From: Chloroflexota bacterium
GTDB lineage: Bacteria; Chloroflexota; Anaerolineae; Anaerolineales; E44-bin32
Length of the DNA: 64,000 nt
NCBI GenBank assembly: GCA_022561385.1
Contig: JADFRG010000003.1
Coordinates: 66,049 to 130,048 of the forward strand
Direction: 5' to 3'
Positions within the stretch are counted from its first letter, which is position 1. Every line of letters begins with the position of its first letter. Below, in pieces: positions 53,692 to 62,452 of this stretch. Below the pieces are notes generated by a model, which had not been told where the DNA came from, ran no database searches, and worked only from the letters and a program-made list of their open reading frames with translations. The position numbers were made by a program, and so were the translations under genes.

Positions 53692-54177
53692 ATGCAACCA
53701 TCCAATCCGACGGACCTGGCCTACTGTTTCGCCTACGGCATCGACGCTGTTGGCAGAGGGGATTTCGATCGAGGCGTCGCCATGTGGGAGGAGTGTCTTG
53801 CCGAGGACTACTCGTTCAAGTTCACCTTCTACCCTGGTGGGCCTTCGGTGGAGTGCCCTGGACCTGACTGCCCGGTTCAGGAGTACGAGAGCCTTGCACA
53901 GCTGCGGGCTCAATTTGCACAGGGCAATTTCAAGCAAGAAGGATACACGGCCACGCAGCATCAGATGTTGAACGTCGAGCTTAGAAGTCAAGACGGGAAT
54001 GAAGCGGAAGTTTTTGCCTACATTCAGGCGAATCATTTCCTCCCCGACGGCGTTATTCACATCTTTTGGGGTGACTACTCCATCAAATGCGTCGAGAAGG
54101 TTGGGCGTTGGCGAGTGCAGCGTGAGGAGATCACAGGCACCTCCTTCTTGAAATTCCAGGGCTCACAAGTCGGCTGA
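53692..54177 (+). CDS. SnoaL/NTF2-like fold protein
   Basis: 161 aa. The pattern is typical of the SnoaL_4/NTF2-like family (recognition by eye). SD GAAAGGA. Confidence 0.65.
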   Translation: MQPSNPTDLAYCFAYGIDAVGRGDFDRGVAMWEECLAEDYSFKFTFYPGGPSVECPGPDCPVQEYESLAQLRAQFAQGNFKQEGYTATQHQMLNVELRSQDGNEAEVFAYIQANHFLPDGVIHIFWGDYSIKCVEKVGRWRVQREEITGTSFLKFQGSQVG

Positions 54178-54279
54178 TCAGGAGCCGACAACTCGTCTCT
54201 TATTCAGTACATAGGTGGCTACTCAATGGGGCGCATCCGCGCGGCAACGGTGGCACGGTCGGGCGGATGCCTTCAAGCC

Positions 54280-54846
54280 TCATGTATTGGGAAACAACCA
54301 CCTGCGGAAGAAGCGCGTGATCCAGGGCATCACCCAATAAGTGGCCAAAGTGGCCACGATGCTGACCGTCACGAGGGTGCCCAGCGCTGGCGGAAACTGG
54401 GTGGTGTCGGCAACCCATCGGCCAATCACGAGGATAAGAGGATAGAGACCGACGACGGTGAGGATGGCCATCTTGTATCGTGCTGGACGCCCTGGCGATC
54501 GCTGTACGGCCGGCGGCGTGAACCACCCCTCCAAGCCATGGGCCTCCTCCAAAACCGGCTCACCCTCGGTCAACTCCATGGATTGCTCCACGATGCTTGC
54601 TCGCTCCGATGACGCGCGCCACAGGGAGTAACGGTCGAAGCTGTCAAAACGAAGGATGATGACATAAGTCGGGTGGCTTGGGTCAACGGGCCGGACGACG
54701 TCCATCCCGACGTACCCTTCGAAACCAGACACCACACCCCTTATCTCATCGATCCAGGCCTCAAACTCGGCTACGCGGTCGGGCTTCACTCGACGCGTGA
54801 TGCCGACCGAGATCGGATCCGGATCATTCAGTCCATCGGTATTCAT
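54280..54846 (-). CDS. ABM (antibiotic biosynthesis monooxygenase)-like domain protein with C-terminal TM pair
   Basis: 188 aa with an N-terminal ferredoxin-like ABM pattern (VKPDRVAEFEAWIDEIRGVVSGFEGYVGMDVVRP...YVIILRFDS). Two C-terminal TM segments. Confidence 0.65.
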   Translation of the reverse strand: MNTDGLNDPDPISVGITRRVKPDRVAEFEAWIDEIRGVVSGFEGYVGMDVVRPVDPSHPTYVIILRFDSFDRYSLWRASSERASIVEQSMELTEGEPVLEEAHGLEGWFTPPAVQRSPGRPARYKMAILTVVGLYPLILVIGRWVADTTQFPPALGTLVTVSIVATLATYWVMPWITRFFRRWLFPNT

Positions 54847-55043
54847 GGTTCGCTGCCTTTCTGTACCCGTAGGATACGCAAGCGGCTCGGCCAGAAAACC
54901 GCCGCCGATTCACGGCCGATCCAGTCAAGTCCCGCCCATAGACGTACTCTGCTGAGGGGCGGGATGTCAGACGTGTACTTAGTTGGCATAACATCGCCGG
55001 CCGTTACCGTGGCCTTAGGTCCTCCCGCGGATATAGCCATCGC

Positions 55044-55592
55044 CTAAAGACGCGTGTGACCCATGGCATCACAACGTATGTGGCAGCGGGCGCCACGATT
55101 CCCACAGTAAGCAGCGTCGAAAGCGCAAAGGGCACATCGACGGGGGAGTAGAAGGAGAATGAAACCGGTGGCCAGGATCAGCGGATAAAGCGTGCCAAAC
55201 GTCAGGATCGCCATTTTATGCCTCGGGGGAATGATTAGGTCGTCGTCCGGGGGCGCAAACCAAGATTCCAGACCATGCCGCCCCTGCAAAGCTGGCCGCG
55301 TAAGGCTGAATTCGTCGGCGAGCTCGATGAGTTTTGCCCGCTCCCGCGAGTTGTGCCAAAGAGCATATTTGTCGTGGCTATCAAATCGCAGAATCACCGT
55401 GTATCGCGGTGTTTTCCCGCGAGATAGCCGGGGCCGGACGACGTCCATGCCGGCGTAGCCATCAACAGCACTCAGCGCAGCCCTGACTTCCTGCAGCCAA
55501 CCTTCGAATTCATCGACGCGCTCCGGTTTGACGTCCCGTACGAGGGCCACAGAAACCGAATCACGATCCTTGAAGTCCTCCACACTCTCCAC
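55044..55592 (-). CDS. paralog of 54280..54846 with a 3' frameshift
   Basis: Same architecture up to KMAILTFGTLYPLILATGF. Downstream of the G5 run at 55142-55146, the conserved C-terminus (VAPAATYVVMPWVTRVFRRWLYP) is in another frame that ends at 55004. Confidence 0.65.
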   Translation of the reverse strand: MESVEDFKDRDSVSVALVRDVKPERVDEFEGWLQEVRAALSAVDGYAGMDVVRPRLSRGKTPRYTVILRFDSHDKYALWHNSRERAKLIELADEFSLTRPALQGRHGLESWFAPPDDDLIIPPRHKMAILTFGTLYPLILATGFILLLLPRRCALCAFDAAYCGNRGARCHIRCDAMGHTRL

Positions 55593-55883
55593 CTTTTCAA
55601 TTCGCCTTCCTGCCCGCCGGATAGATTACGCCCGCACCTCAAGTTTTCCTGAGCTGCACTTCGTCACCTGGGGATGTCAGGCCGTTGGCGCCGGCATCCT
55701 CTGAGCAGCGCGATGCTCCTGCGCATCGCCAGCCGCCCCTAGGCCGGAGCCAATTCGGGGTGCCGGCGGCCGCATGCATTTCAAGCGGGAATAGCATTGG
55801 CGGAAGGCTTTTTTGGCGCACTAAACACCCATGCCACATGCTTATGTTGGGGTCGCGAGCCTGCGACTGGCTAGGCTGCAGCG

Positions 55884-56279
55884 CTAGTTGTGATCATGCT
55901 CGACTTTGCGGATGGATCGATTTCCACCTTCGAGAGCGTCGGATTCCACGCCCCAACTCCAATGAGTATTGACCCGAATAACAATGATCTCTCGGCCATC
56001 CACTTCGTCGATCTCAGCAGTGCCATGGATCTTGATCCCGCGCGGTTTCCACGGAGAAACCGATGCGAGATCGTCGATTACCAGCGCGACCTTTGTATTG
56101 CCGCTGCTGACATTCTTGTACTTAAGCGTGGGCTTGAGCTTCAGGCCGGAAACGATGAACCGCCCACCCTCGAACTGGAAACCTACCGGGGAAACATCGG
56201 GCTGCATTGCCGAAGAAACGGTCGCGATCCGGGCCAACCGTTGGCTTGCCAAATAGGCTATTTCGTTGTCTGAAAACAT
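55884..56279 (-). CDS. PPOX-class (pyridoxamine 5'-phosphate oxidase family) probable F420/FMN-dependent protein
   Basis: MFSDNEIAYLASQRLARIATVS...PRGIKIHGTAE. SD AAAGGAG before ATG 56279. Confidence 0.75.
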   Translation of the reverse strand: MFSDNEIAYLASQRLARIATVSSAMQPDVSPVGFQFEGGRFIVSGLKLKPTLKYKNVSSGNTKVALVIDDLASVSPWKPRGIKIHGTAEIDEVDGREIIVIRVNTHWSWGVESDALEGGNRSIRKVEHDHN

Positions 56280-56322
56280 AAGCATCTCCTTTGATCGCGA
56301 GCCTCGTCCTGCAACCAGCAAG

Positions 56323-57441
56323 TCAAAACGGGCTTCGCACTCGTTGCTCCAACACTCCGATTGTCACAAGACCTGTCAGGGCGATTGCCAGCACCAGGAC
56401 GGTGCTCATTCCAATAGCCAGAACGATCGCGATCGCCATCACAACCATGGGCACGACTCGTGTCAGAGCTAAGGCACCCGTCGCCCTCCACAGAGCGATG
56501 GCCATGCCCCCAACAAACAAGGTTATCCCAAGCGCGAATGCAAGGGTCGCCGCCGGAGGAAGCGGTTCAGCCGCGTGTACAAGAATCGCTTCCATAGAAG
56601 TTGCATATGCAATGACACCGGCCAACATCAGAAAATGAATGAAGCTGTAGGAATCTCTAGCGATCATCGATCGCTTGGAACCTGGATTAGAAGCCAACGC
56701 TCGTTCGAGTGCCGGCTTGGCTCGCGCGAAGTAGCTCCACCAGAGCCCTCCGGTGACTGCAACCGAGAGCACCGCTACCAGCAGCAGTTGGCTGGTCCAG
56801 ATTGCGTCGGCGACGCCGACGGCAACCACCGTCAAGGTCTCGCCGATCGCTATGATCACGAACAGGCCGTGACGTTCGGCAAAGTGCTCAGGATGTATAT
56901 TCCAATCTTTAGCTTGGACACTTACGCCAGCGGCGATGATGTCTAAGAGGATCGCCAGCCCCCAAAGCCAATACTGGGCGACACCTCCAATGATTCCGCC
57001 GATCAATACGGCCGACAATCCGCCAGTCGATAGAACGATCCAGGTCCGAAGGGCCTGTCGCAGACTAGGATTTTCCAGGGAGACGAAAAACTGCAAAGTT
57101 AGACCCATCGTGCGCACTAATGCGTACGAGACGGCAAACAGGAGGGAGCGGTCCCCGAAGGCTTCCGGGACCGCCACGGCCACAAAAAGGGCCACCCCGG
57201 TCGTAATAAGGATACTGAGTTCAACGAGCGGGTGAGTCGTATCGGCCGCGTTCAGACTCCAGGTGAGTTGAGACCAGGTCCACCAGACCAGCCAGAATAT
57301 TAGGATCGACTGTCCTACGGCGATCCAATCGTGTCCTTCATTCAGGAGCTTAACGATTTGTGTTACAGAAAAGACGAATACAAGATCGAAGAATAGTTCA
57401 ACAAATGTAACCTTCTGATCTTCCGGGGATGTGATCGCCAT
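56323..57441 (-). CDS. LtrA (low temperature requirement A)-family membrane protein
   Basis: N-terminal VTFVELFFDLVFVFSVTQI. About 10 TM segments. Confidence 0.8.
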   Translation of the reverse strand: MAITSPEDQKVTFVELFFDLVFVFSVTQIVKLLNEGHDWIAVGQSILIFWLVWWTWSQLTWSLNAADTTHPLVELSILITTGVALFVAVAVPEAFGDRSLLFAVSYALVRTMGLTLQFFVSLENPSLRQALRTWIVLSTGGLSAVLIGGIIGGVAQYWLWGLAILLDIIAAGVSVQAKDWNIHPEHFAERHGLFVIIAIGETLTVVAVGVADAIWTSQLLLVAVLSVAVTGGLWWSYFARAKPALERALASNPGSKRSMIARDSYSFIHFLMLAGVIAYATSMEAILVHAAEPLPPAATLAFALGITLFVGGMAIALWRATGALALTRVVPMVVMAIAIVLAIGMSTVLVLAIALTGLVTIGVLEQRVRSPF

Positions 57442-57528
57442 ATTCCGACCCGCGCCTAGTGGTGCTGTGCCAACGATAGGGTCTTTAGCCTCATCTTGCT
57501 TTGCCTGATTTGAGGCAGCATGCGGCAG

Positions 57529-58164
57529 CTACTCTCCCAGGTCGGCGACATCTATCTTGCTCCCGGTGACAAAATTGTAGGAGTCCACAATCAGCTGCAG
57601 CACAGATTTCAACTCTTCGTGAGTCTGCGGCGTAAAGATCATCACTAGCCCGGGGACCCCGAGTTGATCCGCGATCGGCTGGGGTTCCGCCCATCCGGCA
57701 TCGACGGCCTCCCGGGCCCGATCCAGAGGAAGCGAGGCATGCAGGCTTCCGTCGGGGTGGATGTGGGCAAACTCGCGTCCGGAAACGATCTGGTCCTGAC
57801 GAACAATGGTCACGCTCTCGTTGATCCAGAGCCCGCGGGCACCAGGAAGCGAAAAGGTTGAGGGGCGATTTTCGACTCCGGGCAGCGCAAAAGCGCGTCG
57901 AAAAAGCTCTTCATTCACGTCCGGCACGGGGTCCACGCCGATCTGCTGGTGAGGAACCGATCCCGTGGTTTCCGGTCTCGGGCTTTGTCGTTCGGGTAGC
58001 GTGGGGTAGGTCATTATTGGCTCCTCTTCAGATTGAACCGTTGGGGGGGTACACGCAGCGACGCCCATTCCGATGATAAGGGCCCCTGCGAATATCCCCC
58101 AGTGCAAGTTTCTGATAGGTCGGCGGTGGGCCGACCGTTCAGCAACACTAGATGTTAAATTCAT
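57529..58164 (-). CDS. lipoprotein with luciferase-domain-like C-terminus (PF17648-like, from memory)
   Basis: AGGAG, 4-nt spacer, ATG 58164. Lipobox GMGVAAC. REFAHIHPDGSLHASLP motif. Confidence 0.5.
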   Translation of the reverse strand: MNLTSSVAERSAHRRPIRNLHWGIFAGALIIGMGVAACTPPTVQSEEEPIMTYPTLPERQSPRPETTGSVPHQQIGVDPVPDVNEELFRRAFALPGVENRPSTFSLPGARGLWINESVTIVRQDQIVSGREFAHIHPDGSLHASLPLDRAREAVDAGWAEPQPIADQLGVPGLVMIFTPQTHEELKSVLQLIVDSYNFVTGSKIDVADLGE

Positions 58165-58260
58165 TTCGCTCCTAGTATGCACAGCGGCCCCCAAAATCTC
58201 GTGACCGGAGGGTGTCCGGTAATTTGGCGGACACCCTCGCTTCAGGCAGATACAGGACGA

Positions 58261-58992
58261 TCATGAAGCCACGCGCGTCCGGCGCCACATGAGCACACCC
58301 ATGGTCAGCAGCCACAGCGTGAGAAAGCTGGAGAAGCTGGAAAACAGCATGCTGGTCACCAATACGGAGAGGCCGGTGTAGGCCTGCACGAATCCAGTGA
58401 TGAGTGACGCAGTCGCGAGGACAACGGCCACCCAGCCCAGCCACCGGGGATAATTATCACTGAACGCGACCCCAAGCCCGTAGAGCAGGAGCGTGACGCC
58501 GAAGAACACAATGATAAAGGTGCTGAAGAGACCGATGTCGATCTCCTCCATCATTTCGGCAATCGCTAAGGTTCCTGCGCCGGGTGCGGCAGCATAGGCG
58601 TCGTGCACGACCTTCGAGGTGATGCCGTCAAGGCCGATCAATACGACCCACAAACCGGTGCTAACTAGCGCGCTGACATAGCCAAACTCTGCCCACGCCG
58701 CGCCCGGCTGGCCGCTGATGGATTTACGCAGGGCGACCAGACCGCCGAGCAACAGCAGGCCGCTCACGAGAAGCACAAGGTGGTCGGTTAGCCAGATGTC
58801 GCTGGCGGCTACGGCCTCGATCTGTGCCTGTGTAATTTCAATGTTGGGTGAGCGCGCGTGCAAAATGTTGGCGACCATGAACAGCACCGCTCCGATGATG
58901 GCCGATACCGCCCCTATTCGGATGAGCGTTCGGTCGTCGGCAGCGCTGGATGCTCCATCGTCCAAGCTACCGGATGCATGGGATGCAGACAT
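58261..58992 (-). CDS. polytopic membrane protein (DUF4386-like)
   Basis: 243 aa with about 6 TM segments. Confidence 0.65.
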   Translation of the reverse strand: MSASHASGSLDDGASSAADDRTLIRIGAVSAIIGAVLFMVANILHARSPNIEITQAQIEAVAASDIWLTDHLVLLVSGLLLLGGLVALRKSISGQPGAAWAEFGYVSALVSTGLWVVLIGLDGITSKVVHDAYAAAPGAGTLAIAEMMEEIDIGLFSTFIIVFFGVTLLLYGLGVAFSDNYPRWLGWVAVVLATASLITGFVQAYTGLSVLVTSMLFSSFSSFLTLWLLTMGVLMWRRTRVAS

Positions 58993-59110
58993 TATCTTAT
59001 TGCTCCTTTTGCGGATCGTGTATTTACGGCCAAAGTACCGAGCGAGAATTCCACCGCGGCGAGTCTATTGGGCGGAGCCTCCTTTCGATTCTGATAAATC
59101 CTGTTGGTTA

Positions 59111-59132
59111 TTCTGACCAGTCGGTCAAGAAT
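59111..59132 (-). promoter_or_regulatory. TetR-operator-like inverted repeat (copy 1), upstream of the 58992 membrane-protein gene
   Basis: Minus strand: ATTCTTGACCGACTGGTCAGAA, i.e. TGACC-N4-GGTCA. Confidence 0.5.
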
Positions 59133-59145
59133 ATTGACAAAAAAA

Positions 59146-59724
59146 CTAATCGAGCACGGACAGTGTGGTTTCGACGATCCCCTCCAGGACTTGTCGGTCT
59201 CGCGTCGTTTTCGCCATTACGCGCAACCCAAACATGGAGTTGGTCAGATAGTTGGCAAGGGAGGTGATGTCACGTTCCGGGCGAATATCGCCCGTCCTTT
59301 GTCCGATAGCCAACAAACGGTAAAACGTCTCTTCATACTCTTTCCTACCTTCTTTGCCGATGGCTGCAAATTCTGCGTCATGGGGGGCCAGCTCCACGAT
59401 GGTGTTAACGAAGAAGCATCCCCGACACTGCTTATCGGCAACGGATATGTCGACTTTGTGGGCAAAGATCTCCGCGATGGTAGATTTGGCCGAGCCCAAA
59501 TTGTCATAAAAATCGGCGGGGGGTAAATTCAGTTTGAGATAGCGCTCTAGCGCCGCCAAATACAACGCGCGCTTGCTCCCGAAGGTGTCATACAGGCTGC
59601 CCTTCTGAATTCCCATGTGCTCGCAGAGTTCTCGGACGGAGGTAGCTTCATATCCCTGCAACCAGAACAGCTGCATGGCGCTTTCCAAAGCTCGAGCGGG
59701 GTCAAATTCTTTAGTTCGCGCCAT
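59146..59724 (-). CDS. TetR/AcrR-family transcriptional regulator
   Basis: 192 aa from MARTKEFDPARALESAMQLFWLQGYEATSVRELCEHMGIQKGSLYDTFGSKRALY (TetR HTH). The longer track ORF (to 60147) is an upstream open-frame artefact. Confidence 0.9.
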   Translation of the reverse strand: MARTKEFDPARALESAMQLFWLQGYEATSVRELCEHMGIQKGSLYDTFGSKRALYLAALERYLKLNLPPADFYDNLGSAKSTIAEIFAHKVDISVADKQCRGCFFVNTIVELAPHDAEFAAIGKEGRKEYEETFYRLLAIGQRTGDIRPERDITSLANYLTNSMFGLRVMAKTTRDRQVLEGIVETTLSVLD

Positions 59725-59760
59725 GGGATCTAGCGGTGAGAGGCCAACACTGTAACCTAT

Positions 59761-59782
59761 TGTGACCGACCGGTCAAGAATG
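59761..59782 (-). promoter_or_regulatory. TetR-operator-like inverted repeat (copy 2) overlapping the tetR -35
   Basis: Minus strand: ATTCTTGACCGGTCGGTCACA. TGACCG-N2-CGGTCA. TTGACC, 17 nt, then TACAGT. Confidence 0.55.
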
Positions 59783-59971
59783 CGGTGCGCGAGGATGGGA
59801 ACGCAGGGTCCCCGGGTCACGGATTTGCCTAATTTGTTGCCAGGAATCAGCGGCCGCGCCTGGCAAAGGCTTGGCTCAATCCGTCCGACACAATTTTTGT
59901 CTTTTGGCCGAGGGATTGTTCTAGGACGCGATTTGCCTCGGTCTAATACTTCGGTTGGGAGATCAGCCAGA

Positions 59972-60625
59972 CTAAGGAATTTTCCACTCCGATAGCGCCG
60001 CCTCAACTTCGGCACACGGTCGTAATTCCAAATCGCGTCGCAAATGACTTGGGCCGCCGGTTGGCGTCCCGGCACCCGGCGCAATCGCCAGGCACAGCGT
60101 TTCCGTGCCAGCATCGCGCAGCCGGATCCGCCCCTCCTCATATACAAAGCGCTGCCGCGGCTGGTCGGTGCACTCCTGAAGGCGAAGTTCAGCGCCCGCC
60201 TCGACGCTATCGGCCTCGACGCACAGCTGGTAGGCTTCCATATAGATTTGGCCCACCGATGGAAAATTGAATGTGAACGTTTCGTCTTCGGCGGCGCGTA
60301 GTTTACAGGTGTGCGCCTGGAGTGCGCCTTGTAAATTCAGGCTTAGGCCAGCCCCGGGAATATCAACGCAATAATATTCTGGCTCGTCTAAGGGATCTTG
60401 AAGTTGGATCAGACCCGCAGTAGAGGCCGGATCGCTTCCCGCTTGCCCAGAAGGTGATGGTTCTGTCGGCAAAGTGACTGCAGTCTGGCAGGCCGCCAGG
60501 CTGCCGCCAACTAGCAGATTAAGCACAGCCAAGCGCAGAATTCCGGCTTGACGCCCTTTCAAAAGCCGCTTGCCCAAATATATATCCCCGTTGTCTATGC
60601 GCAACAAAATCTCCCTCTCATCCAC
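59972..60625 (-). CDS. lipoprotein with ricin-type beta-trefoil-like Cys pattern
   Basis: Lipobox GGSLAAC. Three repeated C...C segments (YCVDIPG, QLCVEAD, TLCLAIAP). Family call is tentative. Confidence 0.5.
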   Translation of the reverse strand: MDEREILLRIDNGDIYLGKRLLKGRQAGILRLAVLNLLVGGSLAACQTAVTLPTEPSPSGQAGSDPASTAGLIQLQDPLDEPEYYCVDIPGAGLSLNLQGALQAHTCKLRAAEDETFTFNFPSVGQIYMEAYQLCVEADSVEAGAELRLQECTDQPRQRFVYEEGRIRLRDAGTETLCLAIAPGAGTPTGGPSHLRRDLELRPCAEVEAALSEWKIP

Positions 60626-61252
60626 CGTCGCCGACCGGAAGTAATACCACGATTCTAATCTGGAGCGACCTCGTATGATTTTAGGCGCCGGTCACCTGAT
60701 GGGCGGTTGGCATCCATCCTCCAAGAACACTCTGCTCCTTTATGGGTCATTTCGATCTATGGGTTGCAAACCAGTTTGTCCATCTAGGCTCGGACCACAA
60801 GGGTATTCAAAGTCGTTCCCACATTTCTCAAGATGAGAAACCGATTTCGACGTCCGCGCCAATATTCCTCAAGGTTGAGGAGAGGGAGAGTAATTTTTGA
60901 GCACGCCTATTGAAGGATGAGAATATCCCCAGCTGGGTTCGGTAAGAGAATCGGACGGTAACGGGCGGATACGAATTCCACAACGCTCTGAGAGCCATTC
61001 AAGGCGCGTTTTCGGGCTCACAGGTCATTTGATCCCTGCGAATCTAAAGATAAATCTCGCAATTAGCCGGGGAACCCCACTCCGGACAACCTCACCACGG
61101 ATCTCCAGACTGCGTCCTGCATGCTCCGGTCGTAGAAGTGCTCGTCTTGCTGGACCTCAAGCGTGCCGACCATCGCGCCGGGCGGACAAGGCGACTGTCG
61201 CGATCGACCGTTCCGCTGCCGACCGGCTAACAAGCCTGAATATAAGCTGGGA

Positions 61253-62437
61253 TTAGGGCGCCGCTGGCTCAAGAAGGCCTAGGGAGGCGCGCCACTCATG
61301 ATCCAAGACGTCCATGTTAAGAGCGTAGATTTGAAGGAGGGCGTCGTCGTAGGTGCTGCCTCCCTGGAAGACAGCCAGCAACTCCCGCATCTTCGCCCAG
61401 CCATAGGTATCGATCAGGTACGCCACCAAACTCTGGCTCTGGGCATAAGAGAGACTGGCTCCCAGGTGGCCGGCCGGGAAGCTGCTGCTGAGGCTCCGCA
61501 GCGTAATGAGAGTATCCTCTGCGGCTGCACGATCCAGCGCCGACTGCTGATACGGGGCCAGTGGCCCTTCGGCGTAGGTAGCCAACCCTTCATTCAGCCA
61601 GGGCGGCAGGCCTCCGAAGCAGTTAAAGGTAAGTTCCTGGATTAGCAGATGCGCCAGCTCATGGACCAACCCGCTGACTTCCTCCTCTGCACGCTCAGGT
61701 GAGATGGTGATCAGCAAGATGTTTTGGGATCCGAAGGCCAGGCCCCCAGTCCACTCCTGCGCAAAGAGGATGGCGCCTTGTACATCTTCTGCGTCTGCGT
61801 AGATGAAGGCCTGGATGGGCTGCACCAGATCACTCCCCAGCTCTAGAGAAGCGAGACCACCTGCCATAGCCTGGGCCAGCTCTGCGACGAAGTCCCTCCC
61901 GCCCGTGTACCAGTGCAGCGTGATGTTATCCTGGGTGAGGGACTGCCACTGGAACCGCTTATCCTCGTATTCCAGTTCTTGCCGGTGGCTTAGATAAGAG
62001 CGGCCTCCTTCGTCCTCGAACCGCCAGCGCCACCACACCACGGTCCCCGGGGGGATGGAGCCGGTCTTTTTCAGCTCCCATTCCCAGCTAAGCTCCACCT
62101 CAGTGTCCGGTTCGAAATCCAGACGTACGCTGGAATATTCTCTTGTGGCACAAGAGTAAACGTGATCAGTGCCAAATTCCAAGTCTACCTTCCGCAAGGG
62201 GAGGGCGCTGGATGCGCTCAAAATGAAGTCAATAGAATCCGGGAAGTCGATAGTGGCCTCGCTGGCAGCCAGCGTGACATCGGCATAGTCGAGCGTTGGG
62301 GCGGCTGTGGGAGTCGCGGCGAATGTGGAAGCAGGCGCGGGGGTAAGGATAGGCGCGGAGGTCGCGGTCCCGCATGCGATCGTCACCACCAAGCTGGCAA
62401 GGCCCAGCAATACCCTCGGCCTTATTGCGACCACCAT
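61253..62437 (-). CDS. lipoprotein zinc metallopeptidase, peptidase-MA-like
   Basis: Lipobox VVTIACG. HELAHLLIQE (HExxH) followed by NEGLATYAEG. Confidence 0.7.
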   Translation of the reverse strand: MVVAIRPRVLLGLASLVVTIACGTATSAPILTPAPASTFAATPTAAPTLDYADVTLAASEATIDFPDSIDFILSASSALPLRKVDLEFGTDHVYSCATREYSSVRLDFEPDTEVELSWEWELKKTGSIPPGTVVWWRWRFEDEGGRSYLSHRQELEYEDKRFQWQSLTQDNITLHWYTGGRDFVAELAQAMAGGLASLELGSDLVQPIQAFIYADAEDVQGAILFAQEWTGGLAFGSQNILLITISPERAEEEVSGLVHELAHLLIQELTFNCFGGLPPWLNEGLATYAEGPLAPYQQSALDRAAAEDTLITLRSLSSSFPAGHLGASLSYAQSQSLVAYLIDTYGWAKMRELLAVFQGGSTYDDALLQIYALNMDVLDHEWRASLGLLEPAAP

Positions 62438-62452
62438 CAGCCTCCCACTTTC

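Noticed and set aside
52816-53701. Several minus-strand ORFs (93, 64, 111 and 143 aa) between the BNR gene and the SnoaL-like gene.
   Set aside because: The frames overlap one another, no domain is recognised, and part of the region is explained by the duplicated tetR promoter module on the plus strand. They are likely decayed sequence and are left unannotated.
59725-60147. The 333-aa track ORF would extend tetR upstream by 141 residues.
   Set aside because: The extension is Arg/Pro-rich, overlaps the promoter/operator and the end of the upstream lectin-like gene, and TetR regulators begin at the HTH (MARTKEF at 59724).
61029-61272. Small ORFs on both strands in the 625-bp gap after the peptidase gene.
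   Set aside because: They are mutually antisense, with no SD and no motif. The gap shows no repeat or RNA structure that I could support.
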